Positions 1-8,287 of a stretch of 52,239 nucleotides of DNA are shown piece by piece. The translations under genes and the position numbers were made by a program. The notes beneath the pieces were generated by a model. The model saw nothing but the letters and a program-made list of their open reading frames with translations, was not told the origin of the DNA and did no database searches. Position 1 is the first letter of the stretch; each line of letters starts with the position of its first letter. The stretch is from a virus (Duplodnaviria > Heunggongvirae > Uroviricota > Caudoviricetes), in IMG/VR virus record IMGVR_UViG_3300006033_000017. One strand, given 5' to 3'.

Positions 1-108
1 CTTCAGGACCTTGTAGGTGATTTCCTGTATAGGGTTGGGTTGGTCAATTCCATTTAGGTGCTTGAGTAACCCATTACTGATCCGTTGGATGTTATCGATA
101 GCACTCAT
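1..108 (-). CDS. hypothetical protein, 5' part (runs off window)
   Basis: ATG at 108, open frame MSAIDNIQRISNGLLKHLNGIDQPNPIQEITYKVLK to the window edge. Confidence 0.6.
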   Translation of the reverse strand, partial: MSAIDNIQRISNGLLKHLNGIDQPNPIQEITYKVLK

Positions 109-109
109 A

Positions 110-478
110 TTAAGTCCTCAGGAACATAGCGATCACTAGGATCAGAGCACCGGCAAGGGTAGTGATGTTTTGCGCTGCATATAGGAATTGGATTCCTGGA
201 TTTGCCGCAGCTACCGCGTAGCTTTTGCGCATTGCGTAAGCTGTCATAGCCTGAGCTTGAATGCTACAGCAGATTGAGATCAATTCAAGTAAAGCAGCTA
301 CGCCGACAAAGAGGCTCATCCCTCTAGTGATGATTTGATCTAGCATAGCTATTAGGAAACACATTGACACGATAGAAACCATACGTGTCATACCGATTTC
401 CACGAACACTGAGTCCCTTAGGGCGAGGTCGTTTTGCGGCGCGGGGTCAGTGGTGGTATCAGGAGCTTTTGCTCTCAT
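110..478 (-). CDS. hypothetical membrane protein
   Basis: 122 aa with about 3 hydrophobic segments; 4-nt overlap with upstream ORF. Confidence 0.7.
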   Translation of the reverse strand: MRAKAPDTTTDPAPQNDLALRDSVFVEIGMTRMVSIVSMCFLIAMLDQIITRGMSLFVGVAALLELISICCSIQAQAMTAYAMRKSYAVAAANPGIQFLYAAQNITTLAGALILVIAMFLRT

Positions 479-780
479 TGATCTTGCTCCATTATGATAT
501 TATCTTCTTTGTCGTACAGTGCTTCTACCCGTTTTGCATCAAAGTGTTTGGTCCAGAAGGGTAGCGTTTCCTCAGTTACATCGTAGATATGAATACCATC
601 GGGGTACTCTAAGCCCAGTTCTTCTAGCGCCTCGGCTGTATGATCTTGGCCCCGACGGATATTCGTAAAGCCAAAGATACCAACAGAAAGATCTACTTCA
701 TCTTCATCTATCTCGAAGCGAACAGTTGCTGCGTCGTTGGTCCACACCAACACGTCTCGAACCAAAAGCTTAGTACCCAT
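475..780 (-). CDS. small GNAT-like fold protein (paralog of 793-1116)
   Basis: RRGQDHTAEALEEL resembles GNAT motif A; aligns by eye to next ORF. Confidence 0.45.
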   Translation of the reverse strand: MGTKLLVRDVLVWTNDAATVRFEIDEDEVDLSVGIFGFTNIRRGQDHTAEALEELGLEYPDGIHIYDVTEETLPFWTKHFDAKRVEALYDKEDNIIMEQDQ

Positions 781-792
781 GAGGTTAGTTCT

Positions 793-1116
793 CTACTCCT
801 TGTGTGCTATTCGGTCGCCCTCAGCATCATAGATGGTAGAGACCAACCCCTTCTCGAATAGGTGCATCCAGTAATTGTAGGTATTGCTACCTTCTTCTCC
901 TGGATCGTTAACGGCGATACCGCCGGGGAACTCTTCGTTCATTTCCTCTAGGGCTCTAGTAGTATTCCCTTGCCCCGGCTCAGATGAGTTCCACTCGTCG
1001 ATAGTAACATGTGGATAGTTCATAGTGATGGTACCAAAAACGGTGCCGTCATCACTTGTCCATTCAGCACAGTTATCATCCCAAACAGATAGGTGTTGCC
1101 AATGGCCCATTATCAA
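793..1116 (-). CDS. small GNAT-like fold protein
   Basis: EPGQGNTTRALEEM motif-A-like (GxG) followed by YW helix. Confidence 0.45.
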   Translation of the reverse strand: MIMGHWQHLSVWDDNCAEWTSDDGTVFGTITMNYPHVTIDEWNSSEPGQGNTTRALEEMNEEFPGGIAVNDPGEEGSNTYNYWMHLFEKGLVSTIYDAEGDRIAHKE

Positions 1117-1130
1117 TTCTCCGGTTTTTA

Positions 1131-1215
1131 CGGAAGTAGAAGGGGTCGAACCTTCACCAGTGTAACCTGGGCCTAGACTTAGCAGGTCTGCCGCTTACCA
1201 TTCGCGCATACTTCC
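1131..1215 (-). tRNA. trnS: tRNA-Ser(GCT)
   Basis: Acceptor GGAAGTA/TACTTCC, anticodon loop CTGCTAA, long variable arm (CCAG/CTGG), T-arm GAAGG-TTCGACC-CCTTC, discriminator G; CCA not encoded. Confidence 0.95.
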
Positions 1216-1244
1216 AAGGTACTTGGTTCCCCAGGCATACCTTT

Positions 1245-1274
1245 ATTATAGCACACCTGGGGACCGTTTGTCAA
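1245..1274 (-). promoter_or_regulatory. sigma70-type promoter for tRNA-Ser operon, -10 flanked by 8-bp inverted repeat (1228-1235/1256-1263)
   Basis: TTGACA-18-TATAAT with TG extension, then AAAGGT-A. Confidence 0.85.
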
Positions 1275-1280
1275 GGGGTA

Positions 1281-1763
1281 TTAAAGGCCGTCCCAACCGA
1301 CTTTCTCTTCTAATCGATCAGGGCCTTGATAGGTATCGCTCTCTTCTTCCGATTCTTCTGATTCTTCATTCTTCTCGTCGCCGAGCCAAACAACAACATG
1401 CCCATTGAACAATCGAATGTCATCTTGACTTAGCTCAAGAGCCATGATATCATTGAAGATCTGCCGCACCCATGCTTCACCCTCACTATTCAATACACCC
1501 TGATTGAAGTCAGACATAATTGTCCTGACATCTTCAGGTGAAGCATTAACCTTAACATCCACAAGGAAAGGCTTTGTAATATCCACCCATCCATCATGTT
1601 CAACAGATCCCAAGTCGTTGAAGGATTCAATAGCCTGAGCATATTGCCCAGGTTCAACTTCAAGCTCATCTACCATTTGGCATACTTTAACGAATAGCTG
1701 ATCAGCCTTCTCGAATTCACCACGAGCATCAGCTAGTTTAGCCTGTCTCAATAACTCTGTCAT
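1281..1763 (-). CDS. hypothetical acidic protein
   Basis: 160 aa, SD AAGGAGG before ATG. Confidence 0.75.
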   Translation of the reverse strand: MTELLRQAKLADARGEFEKADQLFVKVCQMVDELEVEPGQYAQAIESFNDLGSVEHDGWVDITKPFLVDVKVNASPEDVRTIMSDFNQGVLNSEGEAWVRQIFNDIMALELSQDDIRLFNGHVVVWLGDEKNEESEESEEESDTYQGPDRLEEKVGWDGL

Positions 1764-1817
1764 CTTTCCCTCCTTGACCTAAGTATTAACTTCTTCGTCA
1801 CTTCAGGGAAGTTGTCC

Positions 1818-1913
1818 TATATACGTGCGTGTATACGTGTACATGTTCGATTTTCGAAATTCCAAGTTCATGCATATACGTATACGTGGGTGCATGTTCG
1901 ATTTTCGAAATTC
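1818..1913. repeat. 21-bp direct repeat CATGTTCGATTTTCGAAATTC x2 (1842-1862, 1893-1913) with alternating purine-pyrimidine tracts
   Basis: Exact copies 51 bp apart, each with dyad TTCGA-TTT-TCGAA; 29-nt (1818-1846) and 20-nt (1869-1888) RY alternation. Confidence 0.9.
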
Positions 1914-1936
1914 AAGGTTTCTAGGAGCCAATCGAG

Positions 1937-1949
1937 TATAATGAGAGTA
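1937..1949 (+). promoter_or_regulatory. -10 element and probable +1 for glycosyltransferase gene; no consensus -35
   Basis: TATAAT-GAGAGT-A; ATG lies 3 nt after predicted +1. Confidence 0.6.
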
Positions 1950-1951
1950 CT

Positions 1952-2785
1952 ATGGCAACACAAATTCCCAAGATCTTCCATTTTATGTGCCTTCATGGCG
2001 ATTTGCCTAAATGGGCGACCAAATACATGCAAGGATGGCAGGATCTGCACCCTGATTGGACAATAAACCTCTGGACAATGGATAATTTACCAGAATTATA
2101 CAACAAAACTCTATTTGATCAGGCAATTAATCCTGCTCATAAGTCACAAATCCTACGTTATGACTTAGTTTACCAATTTGGTGGTATATATCTAGATTGG
2201 GATATGGAATGTAGAAAGAATATTGAACCATTATTGGACGATATTACTGCTTTCGGAGCCTTTTACAATGACAAATTCGAATCACGGAAGTTCCCTAAGG
2301 GGTATGACGAGCCATATATCATTGACCATTACGAGATTTGTATCTTCGGCGGCGTCCCAGGACACCGTTTCTATGAGGAATTAGTGACAAAACAGCAAGA
2401 TTGGTACGACCAACACCCTGAATGGGATCCGATTTGGAACCATATTCCACTAACAGCAGGGTTCTACGCGGCACAGAAACTGTGCGTGATGTACCCTGAG
2501 GCTAAGAAAGTAACTGGTAAAGAGGTTAAACCCATTAAGCTAGACGATTTTACCCTATTTCCACCCCATTATTTCATCCCCGTTGGTCCCTATGACTATG
2601 GATATGCCGATAAAATCGACACCAAGAAAGCCTATGCGGTCCATAAGATGAAAGCGACATGGCAGCATCTACCCGGAGCAGGGGAATACGGCCTAAAAGG
2701 AATTGAACACCTTACTCCTCTTTATGAGATAAAGAAGCGGCGGCAACCTGCTGAGTCAGGAAGATCTGTTCCCCAGATTCCTTAG
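1952..2785 (+). CDS. glycosyltransferase family 32 (DXD, OCH1/Gly_transf_sug-like)
   Basis: IPKIFHF...W..LHPDW...W; LRYDLVYQFGGIYLDWDMEC (DxD). Confidence 0.9.
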   Translation: MATQIPKIFHFMCLHGDLPKWATKYMQGWQDLHPDWTINLWTMDNLPELYNKTLFDQAINPAHKSQILRYDLVYQFGGIYLDWDMECRKNIEPLLDDITAFGAFYNDKFESRKFPKGYDEPYIIDHYEICIFGGVPGHRFYEELVTKQQDWYDQHPEWDPIWNHIPLTAGFYAAQKLCVMYPEAKKVTGKEVKPIKLDDFTLFPPHYFIPVGPYDYGYADKIDTKKAYAVHKMKATWQHLPGAGEYGLKGIEHLTPLYEIKKRRQPAESGRSVPQIP

Positions 2786-2903
2786 CTTCTTTAAGTAGCT
2801 CAGTAACTTCCTTAGCGACTTCAGCCATTGTTGGCTTTTCAGCTAGCCTAGCGTCCCATTGCTCTTTAGTGAATGGGCAGCGATGTACTTTACAAGATAC
2901 CAT
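2712..2903 (-). CDS. hypothetical protein
   Basis: 63 aa, convergent overlap with the GT 3' end. Confidence 0.5.
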   Translation of the reverse strand: MVSCKVHRCPFTKEQWDARLAEKPTMAEVAKEVTELLKEAKESGEQIFLTQQVAAASLSHKEE

Positions 2904-3038
2904 TTGTTGGCCTCTATCGCATTTGTAGCCACACGACGAGAGAAAGAATAAGGCCCATCAAAAGCCCCAATGACAAACCTTTTTGACCACCATGAGTTAG
3001 TTCATTGGTTATGCATCCCAATATATTGTCTCGCATCT

Positions 3039-3191
3039 TTAACTCCCAAAGATTGCTGCGAATAGCATACAGATGAAGATACCTGTGAGTATGCCATACC
3101 CGAAACCTCTGAATCCCGCCGCGTCGGCCTCATCCTCACTATAACAGTAGCTATAGTCTGAATAGGGTTTGCTTTTAATCCATATTCCCAT
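3039..3191 (-). CDS. small membrane protein
   Basis: C-terminal TM (GILTGIFICMLFAAIF); probable start MGIW. Confidence 0.55.
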   Translation of the reverse strand: MGIWIKSKPYSDYSYCYSEDEADAAGFRGFGYGILTGIFICMLFAAIFGS

Positions 3192-3205
3192 GTTGGTTTT
3201 CCTCT

Positions 3206-4024
3206 TTACTGAAAGCGCCAACCCCTAATGGTGTTGTCTGTAACACCATACATTTTACCTACGGCGACATATGAGTTGTTGGCTAGCAAATTCTCTAGTT
3301 CTTCTTTGGAAGGTCTCTCTATTTTGCGATGAGCTTTTGCTGAGCATTCGGGCGAGCAATATTTCTGCTTTAGCTTTGAACTAACAAACTCTTTATCGCA
3401 ACATAGACACTTCTTATCAACGCGCACACTAACTTCATATCCGTATCGCTCTGCGTTAGTCTCTAATCTCTTTTGCGTGCCTATACGATGATTTTCTACA
3501 GATTGGTTCTTTGAGAATTTTTGGAAAGCTAACTCTGCCTCTTCTGTACTACAATATACAGGAGCAATAGAAAAACTATCAACCTTTCTATGAAGTAATG
3601 TATGGCACCACACACACAGAAGGCTCAGATTACTCCATTGGTTATTACTTCGGTCTTCATCAATATGGTGGACATCTAGCATATCTAGTGTCTCACCATA
3701 GCCACAGTGATCACAAACTTTACCTGTTTCCCTTAGAAAGATAATTCTAGTCCTATGAGAATTTGGATTATCTTTCCACCTAGAGTGTTTGGCTACATAT
3801 GTATTTCTACACTGTGTATCACAAAAGTAAAGCCCTGTCTTACTGCGCTGTCTCCTTTGTCTAGTTAGGTCTAATTCTTTCCCGCAGTGATTACAGTTAC
3901 ATTTTTGCTTGGTGCTATTGGTGATATAGGCTTGATGATGTTCACGACAACAAAAGTAATTCGTCCGCGCCTGGGACGGCTTTCTATGAACGGTCTTACC
4001 ACAATATGTACATTGAACTTCCAT
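3206..4024 (-). CDS. HNH homing endonuclease-like protein with Cys-rich zinc repeats and C-terminal HTH
   Basis: CDHCG...VHHIDEDRSNNQWSNLSLLCVWCHTLLH; repeated CxxC...YC/FC motifs; C-terminal VAVGKMYGVTDNTIRGW. Confidence 0.9.
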   Translation of the reverse strand: MEVQCTYCGKTVHRKPSQARTNYFCCREHHQAYITNSTKQKCNCNHCGKELDLTRQRRQRSKTGLYFCDTQCRNTYVAKHSRWKDNPNSHRTRIIFLRETGKVCDHCGYGETLDMLDVHHIDEDRSNNQWSNLSLLCVWCHTLLHRKVDSFSIAPVYCSTEEAELAFQKFSKNQSVENHRIGTQKRLETNAERYGYEVSVRVDKKCLCCDKEFVSSKLKQKYCSPECSAKAHRKIERPSKEELENLLANNSYVAVGKMYGVTDNTIRGWRFQ

Positions 4025-4025
4025 G

Positions 4026-4065
4026 ACTACCTCCTGAGTCTATGTTCTGACTCGAAGGAGGTAGT
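4026..4065 (-). promoter_or_regulatory. hairpin sequestering the HNH Shine-Dalgarno
   Basis: ACTACCTCCT pairs with AGGAGGTAGT (contains SD, ends 1 nt before ATG), plus inner GAGTC/GACTC. Confidence 0.8.
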
Positions 4066-4086
4066 ACCTTCTTAGGATTCACTACA

Positions 4087-4157
4087 TCGGGGCACCGAGA
4101 ATTGAACTCAGGACTCAACTTCCCAAAAGTTGTGTGTTACCGCTATACCACGCCCCG
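4087..4157 (-). tRNA. trnP: tRNA-Pro(TGG)
   Basis: Acceptor CGGGGCG/TGCCCCG, anticodon arm CAACT-TTTGGGA-AGTTG, T-loop TTCAATT, discriminator A; CCA not encoded. Confidence 0.95.
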
Positions 4158-4167
4158 TATACTTCTC

Positions 4168-4575
4168 TTATATCTCTATGCGTTCTTCGTCTTCCTCATC
4201 TACTGGATCGTCACTCAGGATCCTCTTCGTGAATGCCAATAGCTCCAAGGGGTTAAAGGGCTTGGTCAGGTAGCAGTACACACCGCTCTGCCAGCCTTTT
4301 AACACGTCCGCGTCACCCGCCTTGGCGGTGAGCATGATGACGGGCAGGTCCTTCGTATTAGGATTCATCTGGAGCCGCTTGAGCACCTCAATCCCGCTCA
4401 GCTTAGGCATCATCCAATCCAATACTAGCATATCTGGATGGTGTGTGTCAATAGCGGATAGCGCTTCTACTCCATCAGCAGCAGTCACTACATCGTAGCC
4501 AACACGCTTCAATGTAATTTCAATCAATCGTCTGATTTGTTTCTCGTCATCTACTACCAATATCTTCTTAGCCAT
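4168..4575 (-). CDS. stand-alone response regulator receiver (CheY-like)
   Basis: KILVVDDE, LVLDWMMP (phospho-Asp), IMLTAK, YLTKPF; probable start MAKK at 4575. Confidence 0.95.
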   Translation of the reverse strand: MAKKILVVDDEKQIRRLIEITLKRVGYDVVTAADGVEALSAIDTHHPDMLVLDWMMPKLSGIEVLKRLQMNPNTKDLPVIMLTAKAGDADVLKGWQSGVYCYLTKPFNPLELLAFTKRILSDDPVDEEDEERIEI

Positions 4576-5284
4576 GTAGCACCCCTTCAACAGATACCCA
4601 TTCATGATCCTCGATGTTGTCTTCTTCACCAAGGAGATGGATTTCCTCTATCTCATCATCTGTGAAACAACTACGTTCCACTGTAGGAAAGATATTTCTC
4701 GTAACTTTTGCTAATCTCTTATCCATTGCTTGTTGGTGAACTTCATCAACGTGTTCTTGTAACACAACGTGATGGAAACTACACTCCATAACTATTAAGT
4801 CAGTACCATCATTCACCACAATTCCAAAGGGACGTTTCCTAGTTAACGTAATAGTGGCGTCCCCATTGAGAAGCACTATATGTTCCTTGTTAATCTTGAC
4901 GACCTTAAGGTTAGTTTGTTCCTCTAGCAACTGACATTCATGACTATCTTTATAGATACGATCATCGCTAAGGAAGTGGATGCCATAATGGTACAGGAGC
5001 TTGACTATACCTAAAGCAAACTTCTCTTCTTGATTTAAATCATAATATGGATCTATTTTCATTTGAGAGAATTGAGTTATAGTATCATCTCTTAGTGCGT
5101 ATGCTTTACGCCAAATGTAAATCCCAAGGCATACACTCCCAGTTGCTATAGCCCAGTGTACGGGTGTACGGTGTAGGGCTAAGAAGGCGGGCGCGTAGAT
5201 AAATGGATAAGAAAGGATTGACAATGTAGCGACGGCAAGTTTGCTCTCTGTGATAAAAGAGCGCAATCTTCGTTCGTGTAGCAT
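4568..5284 (-). CDS. hypothetical membrane protein
   Basis: 238 aa, two N-terminal hydrophobic segments. Confidence 0.7.
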   Translation of the reverse strand: MLHERRLRSFITESKLAVATLSILSYPFIYAPAFLALHRTPVHWAIATGSVCLGIYIWRKAYALRDDTITQFSQMKIDPYYDLNQEEKFALGIVKLLYHYGIHFLSDDRIYKDSHECQLLEEQTNLKVVKINKEHIVLLNGDATITLTRKRPFGIVVNDGTDLIVMECSFHHVVLQEHVDEVHQQAMDKRLAKVTRNIFPTVERSCFTDDEIEEIHLLGEEDNIEDHEWVSVEGVLHG

Positions 5285-5294
5285 TGAGTTTCTC

Positions 5295-6029
5295 TTACTT
5301 AGGAGTTGTAGTTGGTGCTGGCGTGGGCGCGGGAGTAACAGGCTTAGGTGGATACATTTTCTTAGATGTATCTTTTAGATGTTGGACATTAATGTTACTA
5401 CCAAACTTAAAGCCCATATCGCTTAATTTAGCAATAAGATCCATGGCATACACTTTGCCTTCACCTTCCAGTTCACCACTATTGATCTTAGACATAAATC
5501 TATTGGCTATACCATTAGCTATGTTCTGATTACCAGGAATCTTAGCATCAGGATTAGAATTAGCCCATGCGTAAGCTTGCTTCCAGAATGGATCAGATTC
5601 AGCATTAACATCAACAGGCGCTGTACTAGCCTCACCTTTAATCGCCTTAAGTGGATCATGTGGTGGAGGGGTAGATTTTAGTGCGCTCGGCAGTATGTCT
5701 TGTGGTGTTAAATGTTGATTATTCGTCTCTTGCGGCAAACTAGTTAATAGCTTTTTGATGTACGGGAGATTGTTGAGTATATCTTGGCTAAAACTGGGAT
5801 TTGATACATTTGAATTATAGAACTTAGGGCTAAGTTGAAGTGCTATGCCCTTGAGTATCGGGGCGCGAACTTTACCCTCAAGTTCTATAGCTAAAGCTTG
5901 GCGTTGTTGTGGCGTTAGAGCAATTAGTAATCGTCTTAGCTTTTCATCATATGGCGCAAGGGCAGTCGGGGTATCAGTAACCTCGATGGTCGGTGCGGTT
6001 ATTTCTGCATAGCGTTCAATTAGATACAT
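5295..6029 (-). CDS. hypothetical protein with Pro/Thr-rich tail
   Basis: 244 aa; C-terminus PVTPAPTPAPTTTPK. Confidence 0.75.
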   Translation of the reverse strand: MYLIERYAEITAPTIEVTDTPTALAPYDEKLRRLLIALTPQQRQALAIELEGKVRAPILKGIALQLSPKFYNSNVSNPSFSQDILNNLPYIKKLLTSLPQETNNQHLTPQDILPSALKSTPPPHDPLKAIKGEASTAPVDVNAESDPFWKQAYAWANSNPDAKIPGNQNIANGIANRFMSKINSGELEGEGKVYAMDLIAKLSDMGFKFGSNINVQHLKDTSKKMYPPKPVTPAPTPAPTTTPK

Positions 6030-6076
6030 TGCTAACTCCTTAAGCTACTTTTCCCTAAGGAGTTAGCAATTCCCTA

Positions 6077-6271
6077 CTAAATCGGTTTCGCGTAAATGGT
6101 GATTTGTTCATTGGGTGAAGATAGATCCGCCAAACAAACATCATTGTCACCACCAATCTTAACTTCAACACGCCGAGGTGTACATCCCGGTAAATCAATG
6201 ATGATACGATCATCCGATTGCTCTAAGATATACTTTGTACCACTCTCACGAAAGAAACCATGTGTTACCAT
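6077..6271 (-). CDS. hypothetical protein
   Basis: 64 aa, co-oriented and tightly packed. Confidence 0.6.
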   Translation of the reverse strand: MVTHGFFRESGTKYILEQSDDRIIIDLPGCTPRRVEVKIGGDNDVCLADLSSPNEQITIYAKPI

Positions 6272-6281
6272 TCTCTACTCC

Positions 6282-6815
6282 TTAATATGCGCGAACTTCC
6301 CATATAGCTACTTGATACCCAGGATCAATCCCAACAGGAACTGAATACGCAGAAAATTCAACTACACCATCATATGCATCTACTAGGGACATTACTAGTT
6401 CATAATCACGATAAGCAAGGTAATGCCCCAGTATTGCATCCGCTACTAACCCCTTAGCCTCTATGCCTTGTTTCATCGCATCCCGCATACGTAAACCAGG
6501 GACCGTTGAATACCATAGATAAAGCCCCTCGACCGTCCTACCTACTTCACCCTGTATAAGCAAACAATCATCGGGTGGGTTCTCATTAGCTACAAAGCTT
6601 CCCGTAGCTAATAGATTAATCGCGTCAGTAATAGAAACTCCTGGGATGAAGTTACCTGCTATCTTCTTTGATCGTAGGTTAACTGTCCTCGGCGGGCGAG
6701 TCTCCATTAACAGATCACAGGTACAAGGCCATATCCGCATACGATTACCAAACTCACCTGCTTGGTAACGAGCATAGAAATCTGCCTTATTAGATGGGGC
6801 TGGCCTTGCCTTCAT
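6282..6815 (-). CDS. hypothetical protein
   Basis: 177 aa, protein-like composition (GEFGN, VVEFSAY, WEVRAY). Confidence 0.75.
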   Translation of the reverse strand: MKARPAPSNKADFYARYQAGEFGNRMRIWPCTCDLLMETRPPRTVNLRSKKIAGNFIPGVSITDAINLLATGSFVANENPPDDCLLIQGEVGRTVEGLYLWYSTVPGLRMRDAMKQGIEAKGLVADAILGHYLAYRDYELVMSLVDAYDGVVEFSAYSVPVGIDPGYQVAIWEVRAY

Positions 6816-6999
6816 AGTAACATACCTTACGCTTGAATGTGGCTAAGGATACTTGTCCATCAATAGGATGAGATCGACGGATATAAAGGTAAGACATTAA
6901 CTCCCACCCCTTCTCGCCAAACTCGTTCATTGTCTCAATAACATCTTCTTTACTACTATCGGGATAGAAATAGTGCTGCTTGTATTCCCATTGAGTCAT
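6790..6999 (-). CDS. DUF4177-like protein
   Basis: QWEYK...MNEFGEKGWELMS...FKR pattern. Confidence 0.8.
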   Translation of the reverse strand: MTQWEYKQHYFYPDSSKEDVIETMNEFGEKGWELMSYLYIRRSHPIDGQVSLATFKRKVCYYEGKASPI

Positions 7000-7103
7000 T
7001 CTAGTAATCTCCCTGTAACACTTATAATGTTACGATTAGGTTTCCAAACCCTCTTAAACCTATTTTCCCCCAGTGGGAGTTTCCGATTTGGGCCGAAATT
7101 GTT

Positions 7104-7439
7104 TCACTGAGATTTCTTGCGCTTCACAACAGTAACTTTGTAATGATCCCGTTCCCACTCTTCACAGGTGGATACAGCTACCTTGTTAGCAAGCACAATC
7201 GCGACTGGCCCTAGTAACTTCTCACGAAGCACTTCTAATTGCTCAGCGCTTAATTGAGGATTCTGCCTGATCAATCTATCCATGGCTTCCTCAATATCCT
7301 CAGGAGGAAGAATGTTATAGAAATCTTCTAATTTGGCCTTAACCTTCTCAGCTTCTTCTATGCCAATAATGATAGGTGTCTCATAAGTAACTTGCTCATC
7401 AGCACGCTTGATTACTTTGATTGTGTATACAAATTCCAT
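7104..7439 (-). CDS. hypothetical protein
   Basis: probable start MEFV; co-oriented. Confidence 0.65.
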   Translation of the reverse strand: MEFVYTIKVIKRADEQVTYETPIIIGIEEAEKVKAKLEDFYNILPPEDIEEAMDRLIRQNPQLSAEQLEVLREKLLGPVAIVLANKVAVSTCEEWERDHYKVTVVKRKKSQ

Positions 7440-7440
7440 A

Positions 7441-7743
7441 CTATCTCCTAAAAGCTTCACTTAGTTTATGGCGTATGATGGCAGTCCCAATAATCCACAA
7501 AGCAAAGGTTAACAAGAAAGCAGAATCTTGTATATTAGGATCTAAGTCAACTCGGGACAAAGCAGCAACAAATACCATACCAATGAAACCTGAGAAGATT
7601 AGGAAATACTCTTCCCCTGTCCATGGCTTTGCGCCCCGAGGGGGAGTATCGCCAAGGGCGCGGCGACTCTTTGAGTCCTTCCGCGCCCTCGCGTAATACC
7701 CTATCCCCAAGAGTCCTACAACCCTTGCTAATAGGAAATACAT
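7441..7743 (-). CDS. small membrane protein
   Basis: three hydrophobic segments in 100 aa. Confidence 0.65.
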   Translation of the reverse strand: MYFLLARVVGLLGIGYYARARKDSKSRRALGDTPPRGAKPWTGEEYFLIFSGFIGMVFVAALSRVDLDPNIQDSAFLLTFALWIIGTAIIRHKLSEAFRR

Positions 7744-7749
7744 CGCAGC

Positions 7750-8034
7750 TTATCCCGTAGCTAGCTCGTAATCATCCATGCAAGCATCTACTAAAACTGA
7801 TTGCTCATTGGGTAGAATGCACTTGTATACATGATTACCTGTCACCTTGATCTCAACTTGTTCCACTACCTTAAGGATAGGATGGCTCTTATCAAGATCA
7901 CTACGAATTGAAATGGGCATCCCATGTCGGTTGATTAGCTGCGTGATTGTCATGTCGTTTCCCTTAAGCCACGTTCCAGGTAGAAACCTCAGTACCCTTG
8001 TACTGTGGTTCATACGCATCCATGATATGCTCAC
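7750..8034 (-). CDS. hypothetical protein (true start probably MTITQ, near 7953)
   Basis: open frame; annotated 5' part overlaps KTSC ORF. Confidence 0.55.
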   Translation of the reverse strand: MSISWMRMNHSTRVLRFLPGTWLKGNDMTITQLINRHGMPISIRSDLDKSHPILKVVEQVEIKVTGNHVYKCILPNEQSVLVDACMDDYELATG

Positions 8035-8209
8035 GGTAATAGGTACCAGGGCTGTCGGCCTTCTTCAACTCTGTCAACACGGATGTCGGCAAGCCCTCAT
8101 ATACCAAAGCCTTACCATTGTCCTTGTGAAGAATAAGATCAACCTTGTCGCCCTTAACTTCTGCATCTACACCGAGTAGCCACGATGAATCAAGCGGGGT
8201 TCGCTCCAT
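7964..8209 (-). CDS. KTSC-domain protein
   Basis: MERTPLDSSW...LVYEGLPTSVLTELKKADSPGTYYREHI matches the KTSC pattern; SD GAGGTG. Confidence 0.8.
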   Translation of the reverse strand: MERTPLDSSWLLGVDAEVKGDKVDLILHKDNGKALVYEGLPTSVLTELKKADSPGTYYREHIMDAYEPQYKGTEVSTWNVA

Positions 8210-8258
8210 AGTATCCACCTCTTTCCAATTTGAGTCCCTAATCAGGACCACTAGTATT

Positions 8259-8287
8259 AGTATAGCACCTTGGCTACGATCCCTCAA
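8259..8287 (-). promoter_or_regulatory. sigma70-type promoter for KTSC gene
   Basis: TTGAGG-17-TATACT with TG extension, then AATACT-A. Confidence 0.6.

Noticed and set aside
1281-1763. N-terminal LLRQAKLADARGEFEKADQL motif recalled from large-phage head-associated proteins
   Set aside because: Based on vague recall and cannot be supported without a search
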